From positions 130,432 through 194,431 of the IMG/VR virus record IMGVR_UViG_3300044878_000087: a stretch of DNA of 64,000 bases. One strand, written 5' to 3'. The notes under the pieces were generated by a model, which was not told the DNA's origin, made no database searches, and saw only the letters and a list, made by a program, of their open reading frames with translations. Shown here one piece after another: positions 1-7,100 of the stretch. Every line of letters begins with the position of its first letter. The stretch's first letter is position 1. The stretch is from a virus (Duplodnaviria > Heunggongvirae > Uroviricota > Caudoviricetes). The position numbers were made by a program, and so were the translations under genes.

Positions 1-2
1 CG

Positions 3-755
3 GTATTTACTGCGCCAGTTAAAGCAACCGCTGTGTCATATAACGGCCCAGGTCCACAGACACTGATTGACGGCGACCTTGACCTAGGTTATTACGGTAC
101 ATTGACGCAGGCCCAGTTATACACGATCGCTGGATTGTTCAGTGCTTCTGGGTTGGGTACTGGTGGTACAATGAACCCTACGAACACTGCCTTGACCTGG
201 CATAAGTTTTCCCGTAATGGGAAAACACTGTTCGTTCCAAGTACATTCATTGCATCCACAACCTGCTGGACTAACCTGTATAACAAAGGTTTAGTTTATG
301 GCGTCGATGGTAATGGTCCACAGAACCCAGGCACTGGTGTAAATCAGAAAGTTGTTTTACAAGTGGGTAATGACAGATTCTTAATCCGGTTACCTACCAA
401 TTATGATGATCGCGCTAACCCTAACCGTACAACCCCTGCTGGCGTAACTACAGCTGATACCAGCTCTGGTCGCAAATACAGTGAAGCAGCTGACCTGCTC
501 TGGTCATTGCTTCCATATGCACCCGCATTCCAACGGTTCGCAAGAAAGTCCCCATACTACACCACTGCCTCTATGGAATGGTTATCGGCCGGTCAAGGCT
601 ATCGATTGATCGGCCAAGAGCAAAGTAGCGGGAACGTAATAATGAACACAAACATCGATTCCATCGGTGGTATGTCTGCCGGTGTATCGCTAGCAATTGG
701 TGTATCGGGTGGCGCTAATGGATGGCGTCCAATATTGGAACTCATCGACGATTAA
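3..755 (+). CDS. paralog-family protein 1 (5' partial; open to window start); GPGP..GYYG..W.KF..GK.LF.P motif shared with 770 and 1927 genes; putative virion/host-recognition protein
   Basis: ORF open upstream of the GTG listed at 33; ~120-aa core homologous to the two downstream genes. Confidence 0.6.
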   Translation, partial: VFTAPVKATAVSYNGPGPQTLIDGDLDLGYYGTLTQAQLYTIAGLFSASGLGTGGTMNPTNTALTWHKFSRNGKTLFVPSTFIASTTCWTNLYNKGLVYGVDGNGPQNPGTGVNQKVVLQVGNDRFLIRLPTNYDDRANPNRTTPAGVTTADTSSGRKYSEAADLLWSLLPYAPAFQRFARKSPYYTTASMEWLSAGQGYRLIGQEQSSGNVIMNTNIDSIGGMSAGVSLAIGVSGGANGWRPILELIDD

Positions 756-769
756 TCATGGAGCATTAA

Positions 770-1657
770 ATGACCATTCGTTTAACCTGGACGAATCCGA
801 ACACTGCGTCCGATTCAGTAACAATCTATCGCGATACCAACCCCATCAACCCTGCTAGTCTGCCTGCACCATTGGCAACAATCACTGATGGGTCAACAAC
901 GTATGACGATAGCAATAACCTAGTGCGTAATACGTTGTATTACTATGCCTTTAGTGTCAATAAAAATGGAGACGCTTCTCTTTCGGCACAAAAGGTCATT
1001 TGTAATATGCCCAACACTGGACCTGGGCCAACCTCGTTTGTCCGAGGGGATTGGCTATTGGGTTATTTTGGTGACCTAACCACAGCCGAATTATTCACTG
1101 CCACGCAATTGCAATCGTTGGTTGGATTAAACGCCGCAACTGGCTTGGACTCCTTTACTTGGAGTAAGTTTGCATACAAAGGGAAAGTACTATACTTCCC
1201 TTCGCAGCATCTGCACAACTCCGTTGGATGGAACCTGCTGTATAGCAAAGGCTTGGTATTTGGAACGACGGACACTGGCCCAACTGGTCATAGCAACACA
1301 CCAGTAAACCAACAAATAAAAGTTACTAAAGGTAGTGATGAGTTCATTGTGCGATTACCACGCACTAACTTAACACCTGGTTATGTACAGGGCACTATTG
1401 ATACAGCCAGCGAATGGTACCAATGTGTGGTGGCTCAATGGTCAGCATATAACAGCGGTCTATTGGCACTAAACCAATTAGCGCCAACATGGACTGGTTC
1501 GCCTGCACCCATGGCTGAATTTGTAGCCGGTGTCACAACCCTGGGATGTGCCTATGTCACGGGTAGCCCAGTACCGAATACAGCCACCCCAGGAACATGT
1601 GCACGCAGTTCATCGTCATATCTGTGGCGCCCTGTATTGGAATACGTTCCATCGTAA
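770..1657 (+). CDS. paralog-family protein 2; FN3-like N-terminus (W.NP....Y.V.R......YYYA.S.NKNG) followed by the GPGP core; contains an RGD tripeptide
   Basis: ATG 15 nt after the previous stop; shared core motif with 33 and 1927 genes. Confidence 0.65.
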   Translation: MTIRLTWTNPNTASDSVTIYRDTNPINPASLPAPLATITDGSTTYDDSNNLVRNTLYYYAFSVNKNGDASLSAQKVICNMPNTGPGPTSFVRGDWLLGYFGDLTTAELFTATQLQSLVGLNAATGLDSFTWSKFAYKGKVLYFPSQHLHNSVGWNLLYSKGLVFGTTDTGPTGHSNTPVNQQIKVTKGSDEFIVRLPRTNLTPGYVQGTIDTASEWYQCVVAQWSAYNSGLLALNQLAPTWTGSPAPMAEFVAGVTTLGCAYVTGSPVPNTATPGTCARSSSSYLWRPVLEYVPS

Positions 1658-1671
1658 AAGGTAATCGGTCT

Positions 1672-1866
1672 ATGAGCCTACACAAGTTGTTGGAAGCTGT
1701 AGAGCGCTTGGAGAACCTTACTCCAGAAGAGAAGCGCGCACTACACGAGCGTGCAGCCGAACGCATGCGTAAGTTTGATGAAGAATGTGCTGAACGTATT
1801 CGTAAGAGTATTCCATCACAAGAACTGTTGAACAAAGTTTGCAACTGGGGTACCCTATATGGCTGA
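1672..1866 (+). CDS. small helical hypothetical protein (64 aa, MSLHKLLEAVERL...)
   Basis: RBS AAAGGTAA upstream of the ATG at 1672; the ORF track start at 1597 probably lies too far upstream. Confidence 0.45.
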   Translation: MSLHKLLEAVERLENLTPEEKRALHERAAERMRKFDEECAERIRKSIPSQELLNKVCNWGTLYG

Positions 1867-1882
1867 GCAGCTACGGCTGCTC
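1865..1882 (+). terminator. hairpin GAGCAGC-TACG-GCTGCTC followed by the TTATGCCGCTATCCTAT box
   Basis: perfect 7-bp stem directly after the stop at 1866; same box as at 3938. Confidence 0.4.
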
Positions 1883-1926
1883 TTATGCCGCTATCCTATG
1901 TTAAAAATATATTAAAATAAAGGGAT

Positions 1927-2676
1927 ATGAGGAAGAGCATGTTTGAGGTACTATTAAGTGGTGGGGCACCCGCTACAAAAACAGTTTATCCCAATAGTGG
2001 CCCAGGCCCACAGACACTATTGTTAGGGGATGAGAATATCGGTTACTTTGGAGAGTTATCGGCCGGCGAAGTAATCACCAATGCTGACTTGAAGGCCTTC
2101 CTTAATCCATCGATGCAAAGTAGCGTTATGGTCGATAAAGGATGGTTTAAATGTTTCCACAAAGGCAAAGTAAAGTTTATCTCTAAAGGGGGTACATTTA
2201 CTAACACTGCATGGACTGCACTATATGCTTCCGGTGGCGTCTATGGTACCAATGACAATGGCTTATATCCAATCGGCACAGCTACAAACCAGTATAAGCC
2301 GTTTAACATCACTAATGGTCCTGTGACATGGAAATTGATTCCTAAGCTTATGTCAGGTGGTCAGAATGATCCTAGTAGTAGTTCCCCAGGGGATGATGGT
2401 AGCGAATATACCGATCTAATGTACCGTATGTTTACAGGCACCCATCCGAATGGAGGTGCATTCTTAAAGTATCTTAAAGCAGATGTTGCAATGAACTCGG
2501 CACATGCCTGCGTAGAATCGAAAGACACATTAACAACCAGCACCATTGTTCGTGGTTATACTGGCGTTATTAGTAACTCGGCACAGGTATTGACTAAAGG
2601 CGACAGATCCGGCTATGGGCAAATCTGTCGAATGGTTCTAGTAGTTGAGGGTGATCCAAAAGTCTTACCCGTATAA
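1927..2676 (+). CDS. paralog-family protein 3 (GPGPQTLLLGDENIGYFGEL...)
   Basis: RBS AAGGGA; homologous core to the 33 and 770 genes. Confidence 0.65.
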   Translation: MRKSMFEVLLSGGAPATKTVYPNSGPGPQTLLLGDENIGYFGELSAGEVITNADLKAFLNPSMQSSVMVDKGWFKCFHKGKVKFISKGGTFTNTAWTALYASGGVYGTNDNGLYPIGTATNQYKPFNITNGPVTWKLIPKLMSGGQNDPSSSSPGDDGSEYTDLMYRMFTGTHPNGGAFLKYLKADVAMNSAHACVESKDTLTTSTIVRGYTGVISNSAQVLTKGDRSGYGQICRMVLVVEGDPKVLPV

Positions 2677-2680
2677 GAAA

Positions 2681-2710
2681 TAAAGAAATACTGAGAGTGT
2701 AATAGTATAC
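2681..2710 (+). promoter_or_regulatory. plus-strand promoter-like motif TAAAGAAATAC-N14-TATAC
   Basis: one of five copies (2681, 4885, 6239, 6581, 7037); begins at or next to the upstream stop codon and precedes the tRNA cluster. Confidence 0.4.
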
Positions 2711-2827
2711 GAGAGACTGCCGTTAAAGTCTCCAAACGAGCGTAAGAGTAGGAATCCCCTATAGCCTACTCGACAGGGACCAGGGATATCGGTTAGCCTG
2801 GTTTAACAAAAACCCGACCAAGTTTCA

Positions 2828-2903
2828 GGGTGTGTAGTTCAATTGGCAGAGTAGCGCGCTCCAAACGCGTTGGTTCCAGGTTCGAGTCCAGCCATGCCCG
2901 CCA
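2828..2903 (+). tRNA. tRNA-Trp: tRNA-Trp (anticodon CCA), 76 nt; T-stem carries two mismatches
   Basis: acceptor GGGTGTG/CATGCCC (2 GU pairs), D arm GTTC/GAGT, anticodon arm GCGCG-CTCCAAA-CGCGT, T-loop GGTTCGAGTCC, 3' GCCA. Confidence 0.55.
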
Positions 2904-3623
2904 AACACCACAGACGTCAGTCTGCAAGTCCCCTGGCCTAACCCGCCTTGGGCACCTAAGTTAGTAGTTGAGATATCAGGAGGGTGGGTGTTGCGATTGC
3001 CTCCACTGGTCTGAATAGATCGCGTCAATCGGAATCTATAGTACTTAAAGCCGATTGAGGTAAAGTGGTAAGATCGTCATATCTCCGCTACAAACCCATT
3101 CTCCCTTGAGAGTGGTAAGACCCTCGCAATGGCGTGGGCAGGTCATACACCGATGCCTGATTAATCCTCAGACTAGGGCACCGAGCTGCATGGTGTGTGA
3201 TTATCGAACCCTAAGACGGTTGGCAAAAGATCAGAATAGCCGACTAGCAGGGAAGCTCAAAGCCCGATCCGACAAATACCCCAAAGACCTGATGATCCAG
3301 GTTACTAAGGCGTCATACCGAAGACACGTGAAGACTCGGCTGCAACGGATCAGATGTCCGTCACAGGTTGGCATGGAACAATAGTTCTGTGCGCAACCAC
3401 ATATTCTCAATTACTTGCCCTCCATCGTACTGAAGCTTTGCATGGCGAGTAAGTAGATAGACCTAACGAAACGGTTCGACCTCTAGCGGAATGCCGCGAC
3501 CAGCCCGTGCTGTACATTAGGATAAAAAGCTCGCCCAGCGGCGATCTACACCATACCCGCAATCTGCAGGAATGGATAACCAAGGCTTGAATCTTGGATG
3601 CTGGGAACGAATTTTAGAAACAC
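2904..3623 (+). ncRNA. ORF-poor ~700 bp spacer inside the tRNA cluster; candidate stable structured RNA(s), or degenerate intron/homing-endonuclease remnant
   Basis: no ORF >=60 aa except an Arg-rich 92-aa frame without an RBS; flanked by tRNAs; T4-type tRNA clusters are known to carry stable small RNAs. Confidence 0.3.
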
Positions 3624-3711
3624 GCGGGGATGGTGGAGCGGTATACGCAGCGGCCTTAAAAGCCGCCGCCCTTTACGGGCTCGCTGGGTTCGAATCCCGC
3701 TCCCCGCACCA
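3624..3711 (+). tRNA. tRNA-Leu: tRNA-Leu (anticodon TAA), class II with long variable arm
   Basis: acceptor GCGGGGA/TCCCCGC+ACCA; anticodon arm GCGGC-CTTAAAA-GCCGC; T-loop GGTTCGAATCC. Confidence 0.9.
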
Positions 3712-3717
3712 TATACA

Positions 3718-3805
3718 GGAAGCATGGCCGAGTGGCTCAAGGCAACGGTCTTGAAAACCGTCGGGTGTAATAGCCCCTAGAGTTCGAATCTCTATGCTTC
3801 CGCCA
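3718..3805 (+). tRNA. tRNA-Ser: tRNA-Ser (anticodon TGA), class II
   Basis: acceptor GGAAGCA/TGCTTCC+GCCA; anticodon arm ACGGT-CTTGAAA-ACCGT; T arm TAGAG-TTCGAAT-CTCTA. Confidence 0.9.
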
Positions 3806-3809
3806 GATC

Positions 3810-3885
3810 GCCGACATAGCTCAGATGGCAGAGCAACTGACTTGTAATCAGTAGGTCTTCGGTTCGATTCCGAATGTCGGCACCA
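3810..3885 (+). tRNA. tRNA-Thr: tRNA-Thr (anticodon TGT)
   Basis: acceptor GCCGACA/TGTCGGC+ACCA; anticodon arm ACTGA-CTTGTAA-TCAGT; T-loop GGTTCGATTCC. Confidence 0.9.
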
Positions 3886-3918
3886 GTTATTGTTATTGGC
3901 CTATAGAGCCCCTCGCTT

Positions 3919-3938
3919 GGCCTACCTTTGGGTAGGCT
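3919..3938 (+). terminator. hairpin GGCCTACC-TTTG-GGTAGGCT followed by TTTATGCCGTTATCCTATAC; likely terminator of the tRNA cluster
   Basis: GC stem followed by a T-rich tract immediately after the last tRNA. Confidence 0.5.
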
Positions 3939-3981
3939 TTATGCCGTTATCCTATACATTCTTTTAAGATGGATAACGGTA

Positions 3982-4887
3982 ATGTTTGAAGCACTATTAC
4001 TGGGTAAAGGTTCAAGTGCCCCAATTGGTGGTGCATGGTTAAAATTAGGCGGTTCATTTCCAGGCCGTTATGCTGGCGCCGGAGCAGTATCTGGCGGAAA
4101 GATATATTTATTCGGTGGATACAATGCCGGTGGCCCCACTTATTACAATGACATGCAGTGTTATGATCCTGCATTACAGACATGGTCAGCAAAAGCCACT
4201 GGACCAGCAGGGCGATACAACCACGTAATGGTAGAATGTAATGGATACCTATATCTCCATGGCGGTGTTAACGGTGGTGGCTATTTATCAGACATGTGGC
4301 GTTATGATCCTGTAGGTAATACATGGTTAGCTAGGGCTTCTACAGGTAGTGGTGGCCGTGATGGTGGTGCAATGGCGGCAGTCGGGACTAAGATCTATGC
4401 TGTTTGTGGATATGTTCCTAACGTCTATAGTACCGAAATGCGCATATATGACACGGTAGCAAACACCTGGTCATTAGGAACACCACTACCAGCAACAGGG
4501 CGTTCGAATGCCACAATGGTGGCGATTGGTACAAAGCTTTACTTGTATGCTGGTCAAGCGCCATCAATGAATGATTTGTGGTGTTTCGATACGGTGGCTG
4601 GAACATGGACACAACTGGCCGATGGTCCAAGTGCACGTACCAACCATACTGCTACGGTATTGAATGGCAAGATGTATATGCATGGTGGTTCAGGCACAGT
4701 GGAAGGTACATCTGCAAAATTCTATAGCTATGACCCTAACACAAATCTATGGACTACGCTAACGGCCAGTCCTACAGGTAGTCAACGTTCCGATGCTTGC
4801 CTAGTTGCGATGGATGGAAAGATTTATCTTACCGGTGGCTACAACCCACCAACGTACCCTACAGACATTTATCAGTTCACGCCATAA
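3982..4887 (+). CDS. Kelch-repeat beta-propeller protein (about 6 repeats: GG..G...ND...YDP..N.W)
   Basis: repeated Kelch motifs; ATG at 3982 preferred over the TTG at 3928 that falls inside the hairpin box. Confidence 0.75.
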   Translation: MFEALLLGKGSSAPIGGAWLKLGGSFPGRYAGAGAVSGGKIYLFGGYNAGGPTYYNDMQCYDPALQTWSAKATGPAGRYNHVMVECNGYLYLHGGVNGGGYLSDMWRYDPVGNTWLARASTGSGGRDGGAMAAVGTKIYAVCGYVPNVYSTEMRIYDTVANTWSLGTPLPATGRSNATMVAIGTKLYLYAGQAPSMNDLWCFDTVAGTWTQLADGPSARTNHTATVLNGKMYMHGGSGTVEGTSAKFYSYDPNTNLWTTLTASPTGSQRSDACLVAMDGKIYLTGGYNPPTYPTDIYQFTP

Positions 4888-4914
4888 AGAAATACCCTCA
4901 ACAAAAACTATATA
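4885..4914 (+). promoter_or_regulatory. plus-strand promoter-like motif TAAAGAAATAC-N13-TATAT (contains the Kelch stop codon)
   Basis: family member; about 50 nt upstream of the 4965 ATG. Confidence 0.4.
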
Positions 4915-4964
4915 GGGGACCTCCGGGTTTCCTTTATAGCCCAATACCCCAATAGGACTTTCCA

Positions 4965-5354
4965 ATGTATACAAGATTCATGTACCCCCCACGTAGGAAA
5001 ACGCCAACTGACCGTATTCGTGAAGGCGAAGCTCACCGTGCACGTCTAGCTATACGAGAAGCCATTGAAGCCGAAAATACTCGGTTCAAAGGACCAGAAC
5101 CAATTGGTGAGGCAGTAGTAGCTTACGGTGCCGGAATGCATACTGTGTTTCAGCGTATGCGTGGTGATGCCGTGTACAGTAGTGACCAGACGCGTGCGTT
5201 ACTTGAAGATGCGATGTGTAACATACGCAAAGAGTTCACGGAACGACAACGTGAATATCATCGGTATGAACCAACTGTAGTCATCATGACAGACGGCAAA
5301 AGAGATTATTTCTCTCTTCGTTTGGATGGATGGGAAATAATGAGGATCAGCTAA
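4965..5354 (+). CDS. hypothetical protein (129 aa)
   Basis: ORF; its stop TAA overlaps the next start (TAATG). Confidence 0.55.
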   Translation: MYTRFMYPPRRKTPTDRIREGEAHRARLAIREAIEAENTRFKGPEPIGEAVVAYGAGMHTVFQRMRGDAVYSSDQTRALLEDAMCNIRKEFTERQREYHRYEPTVVIMTDGKRDYFSLRLDGWEIMRIS

Positions 5355-6241
5355 TGGAAACACTACCATTGATATACAAAGAACACCTATCTGAACTGGA
5401 TCAATCCGTTAACTTCGAACATCGCATGACCGATCACAAAGGAATGTTAGAAGCACGTTACGTACGACGTAGCGATGATTACTTCATTGTTTATTTGTCG
5501 TCTCAAACAGGATGTAAACAAGCCTGTCGTATGTGTCATCTAACAGCTACGGGTCAAACAGATCTTCGCGACACTACTATCGAAGAATACTGGGATCAAG
5601 CTGATCGTGTACTGAGGTACTATGCTAACAAAACTCCTGCCCGGATGGTGCACTTTAACTTCATGGCTCGTGGTGAACCATTGGCTAATAAGATCTTCCT
5701 AGAGAATGCCGACTTGATTCTGCGTGGTCTAGCTAATCGGGCAAAAGCATTAGGGTTGGAATATAAATTCCTCATATCCACAATCTTCCCAAAAGAGTTT
5801 GATGTCTATGAACTCACCGATGTTTTTAAAGACCCTGCTTTAAGACCGGAACTTTATTACTCGTTGTATTCAACGGATCGTGACTTCCGTAGAAAGTGGC
5901 TAGGTAAAGCAATTGAACCTGGTATTGCACTTACCCTGCTCGGACGTTGGAATCGATCTACTGGTAAAGTACCTAAGATCCATTATGCATTCATTGATAA
6001 TGAAAACGATTCACTCGGTGATGTAAAGCGTTGCATTGATCTGATCCAGCATTATAACGTTCCCGTCAATTGGAACATTGTTCGATATAATCCACCTAAC
6101 GATAAATCGAAAGAGACCATCGAAGGACAAATCAATTACCTGGCTGGTTACATTCGTAGTCGTCTACCGAAGGCACGAGTGAAAGTAATCCCACGGGTCG
6201 GTACAGATGTAAAAGCCAGCTGTGGTACGTTCTTGAAATAA
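5354..6241 (+). CDS. radical SAM enzyme, RlmN/Cfr-like RNA methyltransferase core (SSQTGCKQACRMC...; C-terminal ASCG), lacking the usual N-terminal domain
   Basis: CxxxCxxC preceded by the RlmN/Cfr SSQ.GC hallmark and a C-terminal Cys in an (A/S)CG context; RBS GAGGA; alternative start at 5330. Confidence 0.7.
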   Translation: METLPLIYKEHLSELDQSVNFEHRMTDHKGMLEARYVRRSDDYFIVYLSSQTGCKQACRMCHLTATGQTDLRDTTIEEYWDQADRVLRYYANKTPARMVHFNFMARGEPLANKIFLENADLILRGLANRAKALGLEYKFLISTIFPKEFDVYELTDVFKDPALRPELYYSLYSTDRDFRRKWLGKAIEPGIALTLLGRWNRSTGKVPKIHYAFIDNENDSLGDVKRCIDLIQHYNVPVNWNIVRYNPPNDKSKETIEGQINYLAGYIRSRLPKARVKVIPRVGTDVKASCGTFLK

Positions 6242-6268
6242 AGAAATACTACAGTCGGTATCATATAC
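6239..6268 (+). promoter_or_regulatory. plus-strand promoter-like motif TAAAGAAATAC-N14-TATAC (overlaps the radical-SAM stop)
   Basis: family member. Confidence 0.35.
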
Positions 6269-6277
6269 GACCAGAGC

Positions 6278-6400
6278 ATGTGTTGTAAGCGGTTTGCATG
6301 CGCATGGTGGAAGAGACACATACAAACGACGGCTGTCAACTGTCGAACCGAATGCCTTATTTACGCATGTGACAATGTGTCTATTAAGGAAGTCGTGTAG
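6278..6400 (+). CDS. possible 40-aa Cys-rich peptide (MCCKRFACAWWKRHIQTTAVNCRTECLIYACDNVSIKEVV), immediately downstream of the radical SAM gene
   Basis: ATG about 10 nt after the TATAC element (would be near-leaderless); weak RBS; 6 Cys in 40 aa. Confidence 0.25.
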   Translation: MCCKRFACAWWKRHIQTTAVNCRTECLIYACDNVSIKEVV

Positions 6401-6551
6401 CCAAGCACTACGGAGATGACCTATCCTGCTGATTGCAGGGGCTTTGAAGTAGTACCACTGGAACGCGGCGCCGGATAACACCGTGATCCCTGATTACTTG
6501 GGGAAAAGCTGGCCGGCCATGGAGATATCTGGTTTAACTTACGCAACGAGT

Positions 6552-6567
6552 CTCACCTGCGGGTGGG
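6552..6567 (+). terminator. hairpin CTCACC-TGCG-GGTGGG followed by ACTTTATGCAGCGTAAAG
   Basis: hairpin plus TTTATGC box family. Confidence 0.45.
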
Positions 6568-6580
6568 ACTTTATGCAGCG

Positions 6581-6610
6581 TAAAGAAATACTCGCGGTAA
6601 TACAATATAC
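6581..6610 (+). promoter_or_regulatory. plus-strand promoter-like motif TAAAGAAATAC-N14-TATAC
   Basis: family member; upstream of the 6677 gene. Confidence 0.4.
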
Positions 6611-6676
6611 AGGACTATACGTTCAAGCACTTAGAAGATGAAGAGCATCTTTATCAAAGCTTGAAAGGTATAAAAC

Positions 6677-6988
6677 ATGTTTTACAATGATTGGTCCGAA
6701 AGTGGTATTGAAGGTTTGATGTGTGACTTCCGCATTAGCGAAAGCGAAATGGATGGGGTAACAATCATTTACGCTACTTATACTTACGAAGATTACAGTG
6801 GGTCCGCCTACGTACTATTCGTCAAGCATGGGAAGTATTATGAAGTCCATGGTTCTCACTGCTCCTGTATGGGACTGGAAGAACAATGGGACCCAGAGGA
6901 ATGTACCTACGTGGAATTGGCAGAGATGCTGACAAGGCGAGGTGATACTGAAGTCGCTCAGGCTCTCAATACTTACTTGGATAAATGA
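6677..6988 (+). CDS. hypothetical protein (103 aa) with a possible metal-binding HGSHCSC motif
   Basis: RBS AAAGG. Confidence 0.55.
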   Translation: MFYNDWSESGIEGLMCDFRISESEMDGVTIIYATYTYEDYSGSAYVLFVKHGKYYEVHGSHCSCMGLEEQWDPEECTYVELAEMLTRRGDTEVAQALNTYLDK

Positions 6989-7007
6989 ACTGTAGTTCTG
7001 TAGGTAG

Positions 7008-7027
7008 GAGTTCCCTTCGGGGAGCTC
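7008..7027 (+). terminator. hairpin GAGTTCCC-TTCG-GGGAGCTC (UUCG loop) followed by TTATGCCGTTAAAAG
   Basis: family member. Confidence 0.5.
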
Positions 7028-7036
7028 TTATGCCGT

Positions 7037-7066
7037 TAAAAGAATACTGGCGGTGTCAGTGTATGT
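7037..7066 (+). promoter_or_regulatory. plus-strand promoter-like motif TTAAAAGAATAC-N14-TATGT (variant), upstream of rtcB
   Basis: extended similarity to the 6581 copy over about 40 nt. Confidence 0.35.
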
Positions 7067-7100
7067 AACACTCCCTCTTTCCACTCGCGTGAGGCTTTAT

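Noticed and set aside
92-286. 64-aa minus-strand ORF inside paralog gene 1
   Set aside because: It is embedded antisense in a gene that has conserved paralogs.
3106-3384. 92-aa ORF inside the tRNA-cluster spacer
   Set aside because: It is Arg-rich with no RBS and sits in a region better explained as structured RNA. It is kept only as part of the ncRNA candidate.
2825-3780. Small ORFs overlapping the tRNA genes (2825-3028 on the - strand; 3546-3740, 3572-3754 and 3598-3780)
   Set aside because: They overlap clear tRNA cloverleaves.
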